Made by a program: the position numbers and the translations under genes
Assembly (NCBI GenBank): GCA_031391655.1
Contig: JANMUO010000306.1
Coordinates: 1 to 57,796, forward strand
From: Betaproteobacteria bacterium
GTDB lineage: Bacteria > Pseudomonadota > Gammaproteobacteria > Burkholderiales > SG8-39
Reading direction: 5' to 3'
Length of the DNA: 57,796 nt
The notes under the pieces: generated by a model
Database searches by the model: none
What the model saw: only the letters and a program-made list of their open reading frames with translations
What the model was told of the DNA's origin: nothing
Shown: in pieces, positions 1 through 9,766 of the stretch
Position numbering within the stretch: position 1 is the stretch's first letter
Layout of the letters: every line of letters begins with the position of its first letter

Positions 1-1181
1 TAGGTCATGCCGACCAGCCAGGGCATCGCCTGCTCGGCCCAGTACTCGACCAGAAACGACTTGCGCCAGCCCTTGCGCCTGCCGGCGAGCAGGGGCAGGA
101 GCGACCGCCCCTGGATGTGCGCGCCCGGCTTGCCGCCGGCCAGCTCGATCAGCGTGGGCGCGATGTCCTGGCAGATCGCCAGGTCGCGAACGCGCGTGCC
201 CGCCCGGATCTTGCGCGGATAGCGAATCAGGAATGGCGCGCGGATGCCCTCCTCGTAGGCGAAACGCCGCTCGGGCCCCAGGCCGTGCTCACCGAAGAAA
301 TAGCCGTTGTCGCCGAGGAACACGATCAGCGTGTCCTCGAGCTGCCGGCGGCGCGCCAGCGCCTCGAGCAGCATGCCCACGCCCTCGTCCACCGAGGCCA
401 TCATGCGCGCGCGCTGCCGGATCTCCTCCTGCGTGCCGGCCTGGATCGCCGCGAGCAGCTGCTGCGAGCGCTCCGAGCCGCGCATCTCGAAGGCCTCCGC
501 CCAGGCGGGCTTTTGCTTCACCAGCTCGCGCGGCGCCAGCATGTTGGGCTTTTTCGGGAACAAGCCGTCGCGGTACAGGCCGCGGTGGCGCTCGGCCGGG
601 ACGTAGCCGCCGAAGCGGGTCATGTCGAGCGTACCGTCCGCCGCCTGGTGCGCGTCCGGATGCACCGCCTTGTGTGCGAAAAAAAGCGCGAACGGCCTGG
701 AGCGCCCGCGCTCCAGGAACGCCAGCGCCTCCTGGTTCAGCAGGTCGGTCATGTAGCCCGGGCGCAGCTCGGCGCGCCCGTTCACGTTGAGCGTGGGGTC
801 ATTCAGGCTGCCGTGGCCGTCAAAGCTCACCCAGTGGTCGTAGCCGGGCCGCGGCCGGCCATCGTTGCCCATGTGCCACTTGCCCACGTGCGCCGTTTCG
901 TAGCCGAGCTTTTGCAACGCCAGGTGGTAGTTGGGCAGCCGGTGGCTCATCGCATCGCGCGCCACGTTGTCGATGATGCCGTGGCGGCTGGCATACTGGC
1001 CGGTGACGATCGAGGCGCGGTTGGGCGAGCAGATGGGCGTGGTATGGAAGGCGCGCTCGAACAGCGCGCCTTCTGCCGCGAGGCGATCGATGTGCGGCGT
1101 CTTCAGGTAGGGATGGCCGCCAGCGCCGAATTCGTCGTAGCGCAGGTCGTCGACCAGGATCACGATGAAGTTGGGCTTCAT
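1..1181 (-). CDS. Sulfatase (formylglycine-dependent arylsulfatase type); 3' end runs off the window
   Basis: Reverse-strand reading from the ATG at 1181-1179 gives MKPNFIVILVDDLRYDEFG...HTTPICSPNRASIVTGQY, which carries the C-x-P-x-R sulfatase signature. The frame stays open to position 1, so it is absent from the ORF track because no stop lies in the window. Confidence 0.85.
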   Translation of the reverse strand, partial: MKPNFIVILVDDLRYDEFGAGGHPYLKTPHIDRLAAEGALFERAFHTTPICSPNRASIVTGQYASRHGIIDNVARDAMSHRLPNYHLALQKLGYETAHVGKWHMGNDGRPRPGYDHWVSFDGHGSLNDPTLNVNGRAELRPGYMTDLLNQEALAFLERGRSRPFALFFAHKAVHPDAHQAADGTLDMTRFGGYVPAERHRGLYRDGLFPKKPNMLAPRELVKQKPAWAEAFEMRGSERSQQLLAAIQAGTQEEIRQRARMMASVDEGVGMLLEALARRRQLEDTLIVFLGDNGYFFGEHGLGPERRFAYEEGIRAPFLIRYPRKIRAGTRVRDLAICQDIAPTLIELAGGKPGAHIQGRSLLPLLAGRRKGWRKSFLVEYWAEQAMPWLVGMT

Positions 1182-1283
1182 GGGGGAAGTCTAAGCGAGC
1201 AAGGCCGCCACTGCGCATTAGTACGCTGCATTCCGGGGCGCAGTTTCGTATGCTGGGCCTCCCCCGCCACCAGGAGCTGCGCC

Positions 1284-1844
1284 ATGGCGATTCCGCACCC
1301 GCAGGGTTGCGCCCAGGACCGCATCGGCCGGCATCTGCTCGGCTCGCTCAACAACGCCATCGCCCTCGTGCAGCGGTACCGCGAGGTGGAGGGCTTTCGC
1401 CACCATGTGCGCAAGCGGCTGCACTTGGTGCTGCCGGCGCTGGCCCTGATCCTCGTCACCGGCTTCGCTTGCGCCATGGCGGTCATCCTGCTGACACTCG
1501 GGCCGCGCCCGCTGCTCGCGCTGCTCGGGCTGCTGCTTGCGCCCGTGGCGCTGGCGGGCAGCCTTTTCGTGCTGCACTACGTTTTTTTCTCCTGGGTCGA
1601 GGAACGGGCGCTGGCGCGGTCCCTTGGCCACCGCACCGGCCCGGCGCCTGGCAGGTTCGCCGTGTGGACCGAGAGCAAGCTCGGCGCGAACCTGGGCCGG
1701 ATGCCGGCGGTGCCCTGGGTTCTGGCGGCGATCTTCGTTTTCCTGCCGCTTGCGCTCCTCACCCAGCTCGCGCCCAAGAGCGCGGCACTGCTCATCGTCG
1801 TCCTGGTGGCGGCCCCGATCCTGTACGCGCGCTTCGATCGCTAG
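1284..1844 (+). CDS. Hypothetical integral membrane protein
   Basis: Distal part of track ORF 117..1844, starting at the first ATG beyond the divergent sulfatase start. Codons are GC3-rich. Hydrophobic segments include LVLPALALILVTGFACAMAVILLTL, LLALLGLLLAPVALAGSLFVL, VPWVLAAIFVFLPLALL and AALLIVVLVAAPILY. Confidence 0.6.
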   Translation: MAIPHPQGCAQDRIGRHLLGSLNNAIALVQRYREVEGFRHHVRKRLHLVLPALALILVTGFACAMAVILLTLGPRPLLALLGLLLAPVALAGSLFVLHYVFFSWVEERALARSLGHRTGPAPGRFAVWTESKLGANLGRMPAVPWVLAAIFVFLPLALLTQLAPKSAALLIVVLVAAPILYARFDR

Positions 1845-1848
1845 GCGC

Positions 1849-3225
1849 TCATGCCAGCGGTGCCAGGTTGCCGAGCAGGGTCGGGATCAGTTCGGTCACC
1901 GTGGGGTGGATGTGCACCGCGCGCTGGATGGTGGTGTAGGGTTTCTTCGCATACATCACGTCGAGCAGCGAATGCACGATCTCGTCCGCGTGCAGACCGA
2001 GCAGCGAGGCGCCGAGCAGTTCCCGCGTCTGCGCGTCCACCAGCACTTTCATGAACCCTTGCGTCTCCCCCGCCTCGCGCGCCCGCCCCACGCGCGTCAT
2101 GAGCATCTTGCCCGCCAGCACGCGCCGGCCGCTGGCGCGCGCGTCGGCCTCGCTCATGCCGGCGCGCCCCAGCGGCGGATCGATGAACAGCGCGTAGCAC
2201 GGGATGCGGTCCGAGATGCGGCGCGGATCCTTGTCGAACAGGTTTGCGGCGACGATTTCGTAGTCGTTGTAGGAGGTATGGGTGAAGGCGCCGCGCCCGT
2301 TCGCGTCGCCCAGCGCCCACACGCCCTCGACATTGGTGCGGCACTCCTCGTCCACCTGGATGTAGCCGCGCGCGTCGGTTGCGATTCCCGCGGCCTCGAG
2401 CCCGAGGTCCTGCGTATTCGGCAGCCTGCCCACCGCCAGCAACACATGGCTGCCTTCGGCCACGGGTGCGCCGTCCTGGCAGGACAGGCCGACCGCCACT
2501 TGCGAATCCTTCCTGCGCAGCGCCATGCACTCGGCGCCGGTGCGGATCGCCACGCCCTCGCGCTCCAGGATGGCGCGGATGCCCTGCACGACGTCGTCGT
2601 CCTCTCGCGGCAGCAGCTTGGCGGCGCGTTCGACCACCGTGACTCGCGAACCGAAGCGCCGGTACATCTGCGCGAACTCCAGGCCGATGTAGCTGCCGCC
2701 GATGATCACCAGGTGCTCGGGCAGCGCGTCGATTTCCATCATCGTGCTGTTGGTGAGGAAGGGCACGTCCTTCACGCCTGGAATGTCGGGCACCAGCGCG
2801 CGGCCGCCGACGTTGATGAAGATGCGTTCCGCGTCCAGGTCGCGCCCGTCGACGGACACGCAATGCGGCGCAGTGAAACGCGCGTGGCCGCGCAGCAAAG
2901 TCACATTCTTCATGCCGCCAAGCCAGCCGGCCAGCCCGTCCGTGGACAGCTTCACCACCCCATCCTTGCGCGCCTTCACCGCCCGCATGTCGATGCGCAC
3001 CTCGCCCGCGGAGAAGCCGAACTCGGCGCCGCGCCGCGCCACATGCACCGCGCGCGCGCTCGCCACCAGGGTCTTGGTGGGGATGCAGCCGACGTTGACG
3101 CAGGTGCCGCCGAGGAGCTTGCGCTCGATGACGGCGGTCTTCAGGCCCTCGCGGTCGCAGCGCGCGGCGAGCGCCGGCCCGGCCTGGCCGGCGCCGATGA
3201 CGATGGCTTCGAAGCGTTCACTCAT
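1849..3225 (-). CDS. FAD-dependent pyridine nucleotide-disulfide oxidoreductase (class I, dihydrolipoamide dehydrogenase/mercuric reductase-like fold)
   Basis: C-terminal 458 aa of track ORF 1849..5574, starting at MSERFEAIVIGAGQAGPALA (GxGxxG). It has the redox-active disulfide motif GGTCVNVGCIPTK and a second dinucleotide fold at LVIIGGSYIGLEFA. The ATG is at 3225 and is in frame. Confidence 0.85.
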   Translation of the reverse strand: MSERFEAIVIGAGQAGPALAARCDREGLKTAVIERKLLGGTCVNVGCIPTKTLVASARAVHVARRGAEFGFSAGEVRIDMRAVKARKDGVVKLSTDGLAGWLGGMKNVTLLRGHARFTAPHCVSVDGRDLDAERIFINVGGRALVPDIPGVKDVPFLTNSTMMEIDALPEHLVIIGGSYIGLEFAQMYRRFGSRVTVVERAAKLLPREDDDVVQGIRAILEREGVAIRTGAECMALRRKDSQVAVGLSCQDGAPVAEGSHVLLAVGRLPNTQDLGLEAAGIATDARGYIQVDEECRTNVEGVWALGDANGRGAFTHTSYNDYEIVAANLFDKDPRRISDRIPCYALFIDPPLGRAGMSEADARASGRRVLAGKMLMTRVGRAREAGETQGFMKVLVDAQTRELLGASLLGLHADEIVHSLLDVMYAKKPYTTIQRAVHIHPTVTELIPTLLGNLAPLA

Positions 3226-3267
3226 GCTTTTCTCCTGCGGGGAATCGCTCCCACTATACTTGTGCGC

Positions 3268-5829
3268 ATGCGAGCCTGCGCCATTCTTCCGGTCCTGCTC
3301 GCCGCCTTCATGCCTCTGGCCACCGCCCAGCCGGCCCCCCGCCTCGAGCCCGGCGTCTCGCAGGAGCTCGCGCGCTGGCGCGCCGGGCAGATCCGCAATC
3401 TGCACTACGCGCTCGAGCTGCGGCTCGATGAGCGCAAGGATGCCGTCGCCGGCCGGCTGGACTTGCACGTCGCCCTCGCGCGCCGCGCCGACCTGATCCT
3501 CGACTGGCGCGGCGCGCCCGTGCGCGCGCTGCGCGTGAACGGCAAGCCGGCCACGGCCCGCCAGGACAAGGAGCACCTGGTCATCCCGCGCGCCGCACTC
3601 AAGGCGGGCGAGAACCGCGTGCAGCTCGAATTCAGCACCTCGGTCGGCGTCGCGGGCCGCGCCCTGACCCTGTACCGCGATCGCGAGGACGATGCGCGCT
3701 ACGTCTATTCGCTGTTCGTGCCCGCGGACGCGAGCAGCGTGTTCCCCTGCTTCGACCAGCCCGACCTCAAGGCGCGCTTTACGCTGCAGCTGGACATGCC
3801 GGCGCACTGGCGCGCCGTTTCCAACGCGCCCGCCGTCGAGGATTCGCCGGGCCGCGCGCGTTTTGCCGAAACCGAGCCGATCTCCACGTACCTCTTTGCC
3901 TTCGCCGCCGGCCCGTTCGAGGCGATCGCGCTGCCCGGGGAAGCGGTGCGGCTCTACGTGCGCCGCTCCCAGCTCGAGCGAGCGCGCGAGCACGCGCCGG
4001 AGGTGTTGCGCCTGAACCGCGCCGCGCTCAGGTACTTCGCGAAGGAGTTCGCGCGCGGCTTCCCGTTCGCCAAGTACGACCTGGTGCTGATCCCCGAACT
4101 CGCTTACGGCGGCATGGAGCACGCGGGCGCGACCTTCCTCAACGAAGCGGCGGTGCTGTTCCCCTTCGTGCCGAGCAACCCGGACCTGCTGCGGCGCGCG
4201 CAGCTGATTTTCCACGAGGCCTCGCACCAGTGGTTCGGCAACCTGGTGACCATGCGCTGGTTCGATGACCTGTGGCTGAAGGAAGGCTTCGCCAATTTCA
4301 TGGCGGCGAAGGCCGCCGCCGAAATCCTGCCCGGCCTGGAACCCTGGAGCGCGTTCCACGCGCTGAAGACCAGTGCCTACCGCATCGACGCCACGCACGG
4401 CACCACGCCCCTGCGCCAGCCGCTCGCCAACCTTTCGGCGGCCAAGTCCGCCTACGGCGCAATCGTGTATTCCAAGGGACCGGCGGTGCTGCGCCAGGCC
4501 GAGTTCTATCTCGGCGCGGGAACATTCCGCCGCGCGGTGCGCGATTACCTCAAGGTCCACGCCTACGGCGCCGCGGACTGGAGCGACCTGGTGCGCGCCT
4601 TCGAGCGCGCTTCCAAGCGCGACTTGAAGGAATGGGCCGACGCCTGGGTGAAACGCCGCGGACTTCCCAATGTCGCGCTGCGCTGGCGCGAGGGCAGGCT
4701 GCTCCTCTCGCAGGAGGACGCGCTGGGCGAGCGCGGCCTGTGGCCGCAGAAGCTGGTGGTCGCCGCGGCCGGCGAGGACGGGCAGATTCGCACTTCTGAA
4801 ACGCGCCTGGACAAGCGCAGCGTGCGCGTGGTCGGCACGGCGGCGCATCCCTCGGCGCGCTGGCTGTACGCCAACGCCGGGGACTTCGGCTACGGCCGGT
4901 TCCTCCTCGACGCGGCGAGCCGCCGGGCGCTGCTCGGCGACGCGCGCGCCCTGCCCGACGGCCTGCTGCGCGCGCAGCTCGTCGAGGCGCTGTGGGAAGG
5001 CGTGCGCGACGCCGAGCTGGCGCCGGTGGCATTCATCGACTGGGCGCTCCCCCTGCTTGGCGAAGAGCAGGACGACATCGTCCTCGCCGGGCTGCTGGCG
5101 CGCGTGGAAGCGGCGTTCCGCCGCTACCTGGACGACGCGCAGCGCGCTCAGGTGGCGCCGCGCCTGGAGCGCACGCTCTCCGAGGCGATGCTTGCCGTGG
5201 AGGCGCCGCAGAGCCGGCGCATTCAGCTCTTTCGCACCTACGCGGCGCTCGCCTGGACGCCGGAGGCGGTCGCCGACCTGCAGAGGATGCTCGAGGGCGG
5301 GTTGCAGCTGCCGGGAGTCGCCCTGGGCGCGCGCGAGCGCTTTCGCCTGGTCACGCGCCTGGTACAGCGGGGCCAGCCCGCGGGTGCCGGGCTGCTCGCC
5401 GCGCTGGCCGACGAGGAGCGCAGCGACGATGCGCGCCGCTACGCGTTCGCCGCCATCGCCGCGACGCCCGGCGCGCAGGCCAAGCGCACCATGTTCGAGC
5501 GCTTCCTCGGCGACGCGCAGCTGCCCGAGAGCTGGATCGAGGAAGCGCTGGCGCCCTTCAACGCGCCGGAGCATGCGGCGCAGACACGCGAGCTACTCGC
5601 GCGCGCCCTGGCCCAGCTGCCGCAGTTGAAGCGCACGCGCAAGATTTTCTTCGTCGAGCGCTGGCTGGAGGCCTTCCTCGGCGGCCAGGCCGATGCGCAG
5701 GCGCTGGCCGAGGTGCGCAGCCTGCTGGAGGGCGCGCTCGACGAGGATCTGCGCCTGAAGGTGCTGCAGGCCGCCGACGGCCTGGCGCGCGCGGCGAAAA
5801 TCCGCGAGCGTTACCCCGCCGGGGGCTGA
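3268..5829 (+). CDS. M1-family zinc aminopeptidase (aminopeptidase N-like), secreted
   Basis: Distal 853 aa of track ORF 1537..5829. It has a signal peptide MRACAILPVLLAAFMPLATAQ, an exopeptidase motif GGMEHAG (GAMEN-like) and a zinc site HEASHQWFG-x18-E (HExxH+E). Confidence 0.9.
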   Translation: MRACAILPVLLAAFMPLATAQPAPRLEPGVSQELARWRAGQIRNLHYALELRLDERKDAVAGRLDLHVALARRADLILDWRGAPVRALRVNGKPATARQDKEHLVIPRAALKAGENRVQLEFSTSVGVAGRALTLYRDREDDARYVYSLFVPADASSVFPCFDQPDLKARFTLQLDMPAHWRAVSNAPAVEDSPGRARFAETEPISTYLFAFAAGPFEAIALPGEAVRLYVRRSQLERAREHAPEVLRLNRAALRYFAKEFARGFPFAKYDLVLIPELAYGGMEHAGATFLNEAAVLFPFVPSNPDLLRRAQLIFHEASHQWFGNLVTMRWFDDLWLKEGFANFMAAKAAAEILPGLEPWSAFHALKTSAYRIDATHGTTPLRQPLANLSAAKSAYGAIVYSKGPAVLRQAEFYLGAGTFRRAVRDYLKVHAYGAADWSDLVRAFERASKRDLKEWADAWVKRRGLPNVALRWREGRLLLSQEDALGERGLWPQKLVVAAAGEDGQIRTSETRLDKRSVRVVGTAAHPSARWLYANAGDFGYGRFLLDAASRRALLGDARALPDGLLRAQLVEALWEGVRDAELAPVAFIDWALPLLGEEQDDIVLAGLLARVEAAFRRYLDDAQRAQVAPRLERTLSEAMLAVEAPQSRRIQLFRTYAALAWTPEAVADLQRMLEGGLQLPGVALGARERFRLVTRLVQRGQPAGAGLLAALADEERSDDARRYAFAAIAATPGAQAKRTMFERFLGDAQLPESWIEEALAPFNAPEHAAQTRELLARALAQLPQLKRTRKIFFVERWLEAFLGGQADAQALAEVRSLLEGALDEDLRLKVLQAADGLARAAKIRERYPAGG

Positions 5830-5873
5830 TCCGGGGGCTGACAATCGTCGCGGATTGAGATTAGACTTTCCGC

Positions 5874-6377
5874 GTGACTGCCCATGCCATCACGGTCAGG
5901 CTCGCCGAAGCGCGCGACGCGCAGGCCATTGCGCTGATGTCGCGCGACCTGGTGGAATCCGGCCTGGGCTGGAAATACGACGCGGCGCGCGTGCTCAAGG
6001 CGATCCGCGACCGCGAGACGCTCGCCCCGGTGGCCTGCGACCGCGGCCGCGTCGCCGGCTTCGCCGTGATGGAATTCGGCGACGAGCGCGCCCACCTGGT
6101 GCTGCTCGCGGTGCGCCCCGCGCACCGGCGCCTGGGCATCGGCCGGCGCCTGCTGGAGTGGCTGGTGGAATCGGCGCGCACCGCCGGCATCGCCAGCATT
6201 CACCTGGAGCTGCGAGCGGGCAACGAAGCGGCGCAGGGCTTTTACCGCGCGATGGGCTTCGACGAGACCATCGTGGTGCCCGGCTACTACCGCGGCCGCG
6301 AGGCGGCACTGCGCATGATCCGCGTGCTGCGTTCTCCCGGACCGGTCCCCTACACCTGGCGTCCCTCCACGCACTGA
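5874..6377 (+). CDS. GNAT family N-acetyltransferase (RimI-like)
   Basis: 167-aa ORF with a GTG start. It has the acetyl-CoA binding core LLAVRPAHRRLGIGRRLLEW (Q/RxxGxG/A) and the distal motif AQGFYRAMGF. Confidence 0.85.
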   Translation: MTAHAITVRLAEARDAQAIALMSRDLVESGLGWKYDAARVLKAIRDRETLAPVACDRGRVAGFAVMEFGDERAHLVLLAVRPAHRRLGIGRRLLEWLVESARTAGIASIHLELRAGNEAAQGFYRAMGFDETIVVPGYYRGREAALRMIRVLRSPGPVPYTWRPSTH

Positions 6378-7642
6378 GCGCGGCAGGGGCCGCGGAGCGC
6401 CTCGCGCGCCGCGAGCTCACCGCCGAAGCGCTGGCGCGCGACTGCCTGGAGCAGATCGCCCTGCGCGAGCCGGAGGTGCACGCCTTCGCGCACCTCGACC
6501 CGGAACACGTGCTGGCGCAGGCGCGCGAACTGGACCGCGGCGCAGTGCGCGGGCCGCTGCACGGCCTGCCCCTGGGCGTGAAGGACGTGATCGACACGTT
6601 CGATGCGCCCACCGAGTACGGCTCGCCCATCTACCGCGGCCATCGCCCGGCGGCCGACGCCGGGTGCATGGCGATGGCGCGCGCGCTGGGCGCAGTGATC
6701 CTCGGGAAGACGGTCAGCACCGAATTCGCCACCTTCCCCCCGGGCCCGACCGCCAATCCGCGCAACCTCGCCCATACGCCTGGCGGTTCGTCCTCGGGCT
6801 CCGCCGCCGCGGTGGCGGATTTCATGCTCCCGCTCGCCTTCGGCACGCAGACCACCGGCTCGGTGATCCGGCCGGCCGCGTTCTGCGGCGTGGTGGGCTA
6901 CAAGCCGAGCTTCGGCACGCTGCCGCGCAACGGCGTGAAGCTGCTCGCCGATTCGCTGGACACCGTCGGCATCTTCGCCTGCAGCGCGGAGGATGCCGCG
7001 CTGCTCGTCTCCGCGCTCACGGGCCGCGCCAGCCTGCCGATCGCTGCGACGGTGCCGGCGCCGCGCCTTGCCCTCTGCCGCACGCCGCAATGGCCTGCGG
7101 CCGAGCCGGAAACGGTGGCGCTGTTCGAGGAGCTGCCCGGCCGCCTGGTGCGCGCGGGCGCTTTCGTCGGCAAGCTGGAGCTGCCCGCGCCGTTCGCCGG
7201 CCTGGAAGCCGCGCAGAACACGGTCTGGGAATACGAGATGGCGCGCAACCTGGCGCACGAGTTCCACCGCCACCGGGAGCGCATCCGCGAACCCCTGCGC
7301 AGCCAGCTTGCCAGCGGCTGGGCGATCCCGGCGGAGCGCTACGACGCGGCGAAGGCGCTGGCGCGCGATTGCCGCCGGATGTTCGCGGACGTGATGGCCG
7401 ACTACGACGCGCTCATCGTGCCCGCAGCGCCGGGCGTGGCGCCGCTCGGCCTTCAAGCGACCGGCAACCCCGTGTTCAGCCGTATCTGGACGCTGCTGCA
7501 CGTGCCGGCGGTGACCGTGCCCTGGGCAGTCGGGCAGCACGGCCTGCCGCTGGGGCTGCAGGTGATCGGGCGAGTGGGCGACGATGCGCGCGCGCTCGCC
7601 TGCGCCCACTGGCTGCAGGCGAGCGGCCAGCCGGCGATCTAG
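6356..7642 (+). CDS. Amidase signature (AS) family amidase; start codon uncertain
   Basis: Distal part of track ORF 5855..7642. It has GVKDVIDT, the Gly/Ser-rich AS motif GGSSSGSAAAVA and FGTQTTGSVIRPA. There is no in-frame ATG/GTG/TTG between the GNAT body and residue EVHAF. CTG codons at 6356 and 6374 fit the usual N-terminus (LHALSAAG...RELTAEAL). Confidence 0.8.
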   Translation: MASLHALSAAGAAERLARRELTAEALARDCLEQIALREPEVHAFAHLDPEHVLAQARELDRGAVRGPLHGLPLGVKDVIDTFDAPTEYGSPIYRGHRPAADAGCMAMARALGAVILGKTVSTEFATFPPGPTANPRNLAHTPGGSSSGSAAAVADFMLPLAFGTQTTGSVIRPAAFCGVVGYKPSFGTLPRNGVKLLADSLDTVGIFACSAEDAALLVSALTGRASLPIAATVPAPRLALCRTPQWPAAEPETVALFEELPGRLVRAGAFVGKLELPAPFAGLEAAQNTVWEYEMARNLAHEFHRHRERIREPLRSQLASGWAIPAERYDAAKALARDCRRMFADVMADYDALIVPAAPGVAPLGLQATGNPVFSRIWTLLHVPAVTVPWAVGQHGLPLGLQVIGRVGDDARALACAHWLQASGQPAI

Positions 7643-8379
7643 GGCACGATGGCCAAACCGATGCGCAACTGCGTCTTGCTGCGCACGTTGTAGTCGAGCA
7701 GGCTCTCGCCGTAGCCGGCGAACACCTGCGCGTGGAAGTAGCCTGGCAGCGGCCCGATGGCGAATGCGCCCATGCGCTCGAACCAGTCCAGCGTCAGGCT
7801 GCCCTTACCCGCGGTGCCCCAGCGCGCCATCGCGGCCCAGATGCGCTCGCGCTCGCCGTAGCGCAGCCACCAGTCGACGTAGCCGCGATATTGCTGGATG
7901 TCGGGGTTGTCCTCCTTGTCGAGGTAGCCGTAGATCTTCGGCGCAAACTCCAGAGACTTGCCGCCGGAGAGTGTCCAGCGCCAAGCAGGGCGCACGAACA
8001 ACGTGTCGATGGAGCGCGAGTTGGCGTCGTTCTTGCCGTTGGACCCGTGCTCGTAGCCGGTGCTGAGCGCATCGACCCAGAACTTGTCGTCGGCGCGCTG
8101 CCATTGCCAGAACAGCGACGGCCGGTAGTCCGTGTCGTGGAACGGCTTGGACGCATCCGACAGGTTCCAGATCGAGGTCTGCGTGTAGCCGATGTACCAG
8201 CTCGCCAGCCAGGGCTGGTCGCGGTCGGACAGCCGGTACTTGAGCGACAGCTGGAAACGCGCGGTGGTTTCGCCGCTCGATCCGACGATGAAATACATCG
8301 GCTCGTGCGTCGACAGCGGCGGCTCGGCCGCCGCCCTCGCGCACAGCAATGCGGCAAACAGGAGGACCAGCCAGCGCAG
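7639..8379 (-). CDS. pldA: Outer membrane phospholipase A (OMPLA family)
   Basis: Distal part of track ORF 7639..8640. It has the catalytic motif YEHGSNG (H-x-S-N-G), a signal-peptide-like RLRWLVLLFAALLCARAAA and beta-barrel-type alternating sequence. The only plausible start preserving the signal peptide is the CTG at 8379, 5 nt after the upstream stop. Confidence 0.75.
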   Translation of the reverse strand: MRWLVLLFAALLCARAAAEPPLSTHEPMYFIVGSSGETTARFQLSLKYRLSDRDQPWLASWYIGYTQTSIWNLSDASKPFHDTDYRPSLFWQWQRADDKFWVDALSTGYEHGSNGKNDANSRSIDTLFVRPAWRWTLSGGKSLEFAPKIYGYLDKEDNPDIQQYRGYVDWWLRYGERERIWAAMARWGTAGKGSLTLDWFERMGAFAIGPLPGYFHAQVFAGYGESLLDYNVRSKTQLRIGLAIVP

Positions 8380-8383
8380 CCGA

Positions 8384-9766
8384 CTATCCCCCCAGGGCGC
8401 GGAACAGGTCTGCCACGGCGGCGCGCTGCACGCGCAGGGCTTCGATGCGCGCGCTTTGCGCGGACAGCAGGCCGCGCTCCGCGTCGAGGACGTCGAGCTG
8501 GTTCGCCACGCCGTTCTTGTAGCGCAGCAGCGCCAGGCGCTGGGTCTCCTCCAGCGCGCGCACGCGCGCGCCTTGCGCCTCGAAACTCTCGCGGGCGCGC
8601 GCCTGCACCACCAGCGCTTCGCGCACTTCGCGAAAGGCATTGCGGATCGCGCCCTGGTACTGGGCCAGCGCGGCGCGCTCGCGCGCGAGGGCCGCGTCGC
8701 GCTGCGCGTCGAGCCTGCCGCCGGCGTAGATCGGCTGCGTCAGGGCGGCCGCGAAGTTCCAGATGCCCGCCGGCCCGGTGAACAGGTTGCTCAGGTCCGC
8801 GCTGTCGCTGCCGAGGTAACCGCTCAGGGTGATGGAGGGGAAGTAGGCCGCCCGCGCGACTGCCACGCGCGCGTTGCTGGCCACCAGCCGCTGCTCTGCT
8901 TCGAGCAGGTCGGGCCGGCGCAGCAGCAGTTCCGAGGGCAGGCCTGCGGGCACGATGACCGCCGCAGGCACGAGTTCCGGCGGCGGGTTCGGCGTGCGCG
9001 CGACCGCGTCTTCCAGCACCGCGCGCGGGGAACGCCCGACCAGCGCCGCCAGCGCGGCCTGCTCGACCTCGCGGTCGCGTTCCAGCGGCGGCAGCTGCGC
9101 GCGCACCGAGGCAGCCTCGGCCTCCAGCTGGCGCAGGTCGAAATCCGAGATCACGCCGGCCTCGCGGCGGCGGCGCTGCAGCGCGAGCGCTTCCTCGCGC
9201 GAAGCGAGCGTGCGCCGCGTCAGCGCCACCTGCGCGTCCAGCGCCATCAGCGTGCTGTAGGAAATGGCGACACGCGCGGTGAGCGCGAGACGCACGGCGT
9301 CGCGCACCGCTTCCGTCGCCGCGAGGTCGGCGCGCGCCGCCCCGGTTGCGGCGCGCAGGCGGCCGAACACGTCCACTTCGTAGGACACGCTGAGCGCGGC
9401 GCGGTAATTGTCACGCTCGCGCGGCGTGCCAGGCGGCAGCAGCCCGGTGGCCGCGGAGGTCAGCGAGCGCCCCGCGCGCGCGTCCAGATCCACCTGCGGC
9501 CGCTGCGCCGACTCGGTCACCCCGAGCAGGGCGCGCGCTTCGTCCACGCGCGCCGCCGCCACCAGCACGTCGGTGTTCTGCGCCAGGGCCTCCTCCACCA
9601 GGCTGTCCAGCCCGGCGTCGCCGTAGATGCGCCACCAGCGGCCGTCCTCCGCGTAGCGCGGCGCCGATTCCTTCCAGGCCTGCGGCAGCTCGACCGGCGG
9701 GCGCTGGTAGTCGGGCTGCACGGCGCATCCGGCGAGCACGAGGAACGCGAGGGCGGCCCTAAGCAT
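8384..9766 (-). CDS. RND efflux outer membrane factor lipoprotein (NodT/OprM family)
   Basis: 460 aa with the lipobox LVLAGC. The N-terminus QPDYQRPPVELPQAW and the two-repeat TolC-like architecture are typical of the family. It overlaps the pump stop by 8 nt. Confidence 0.9.
   Translation of the reverse strand: MLRAALAFLVLAGCAVQPDYQRPPVELPQAWKESAPRYAEDGRWWRIYGDAGLDSLVEEALAQNTDVLVAAARVDEARALLGVTESAQRPQVDLDARAGRSLTSAATGLLPPGTPRERDNYRAALSVSYEVDVFGRLRAATGAARADLAATEAVRDAVRLALTARVAISYSTLMALDAQVALTRRTLASREEALALQRRRREAGVISDFDLRQLEAEAASVRAQLPPLERDREVEQAALAALVGRSPRAVLEDAVARTPNPPPELVPAAVIVPAGLPSELLLRRPDLLEAEQRLVASNARVAVARAAYFPSITLSGYLGSDSADLSNLFTGPAGIWNFAAALTQPIYAGGRLDAQRDAALARERAALAQYQGAIRNAFREVREALVVQARARESFEAQGARVRALEETQRLALLRYKNGVANQLDVLDAERGLLSAQSARIEALRVQRAAVADLFRALGG

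Noticed and set aside
117-1283. Proximal 390 codons of track ORF 117..1844 (+)
   Set aside because: It is antisense to the well-supported sulfatase gene. The translation is Arg/Ala/Leu/Gly low complexity with no motif. Only the distal membrane-protein part (1284..1844) looks real.
1849-3225. Calling the disulfide oxidoreductase a mercuric reductase (merA)
   Set aside because: There is no mer operon context (merR/T/P), no N-terminal HMA domain and no C-terminal vicinal Cys pair. Only the generic class I CxxxxC redox motif is present.
3226-5574. Upstream 780 codons of the 1241-aa minus-strand ORF 1849..5574, and likewise plus-strand 1537..3267
   Set aside because: These are shadows opposite the M1 aminopeptidase and the oxidoreductase respectively. 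High-GC DNA lacks stops in antisense frames. The translations show no conserved motifs and have atypical composition.
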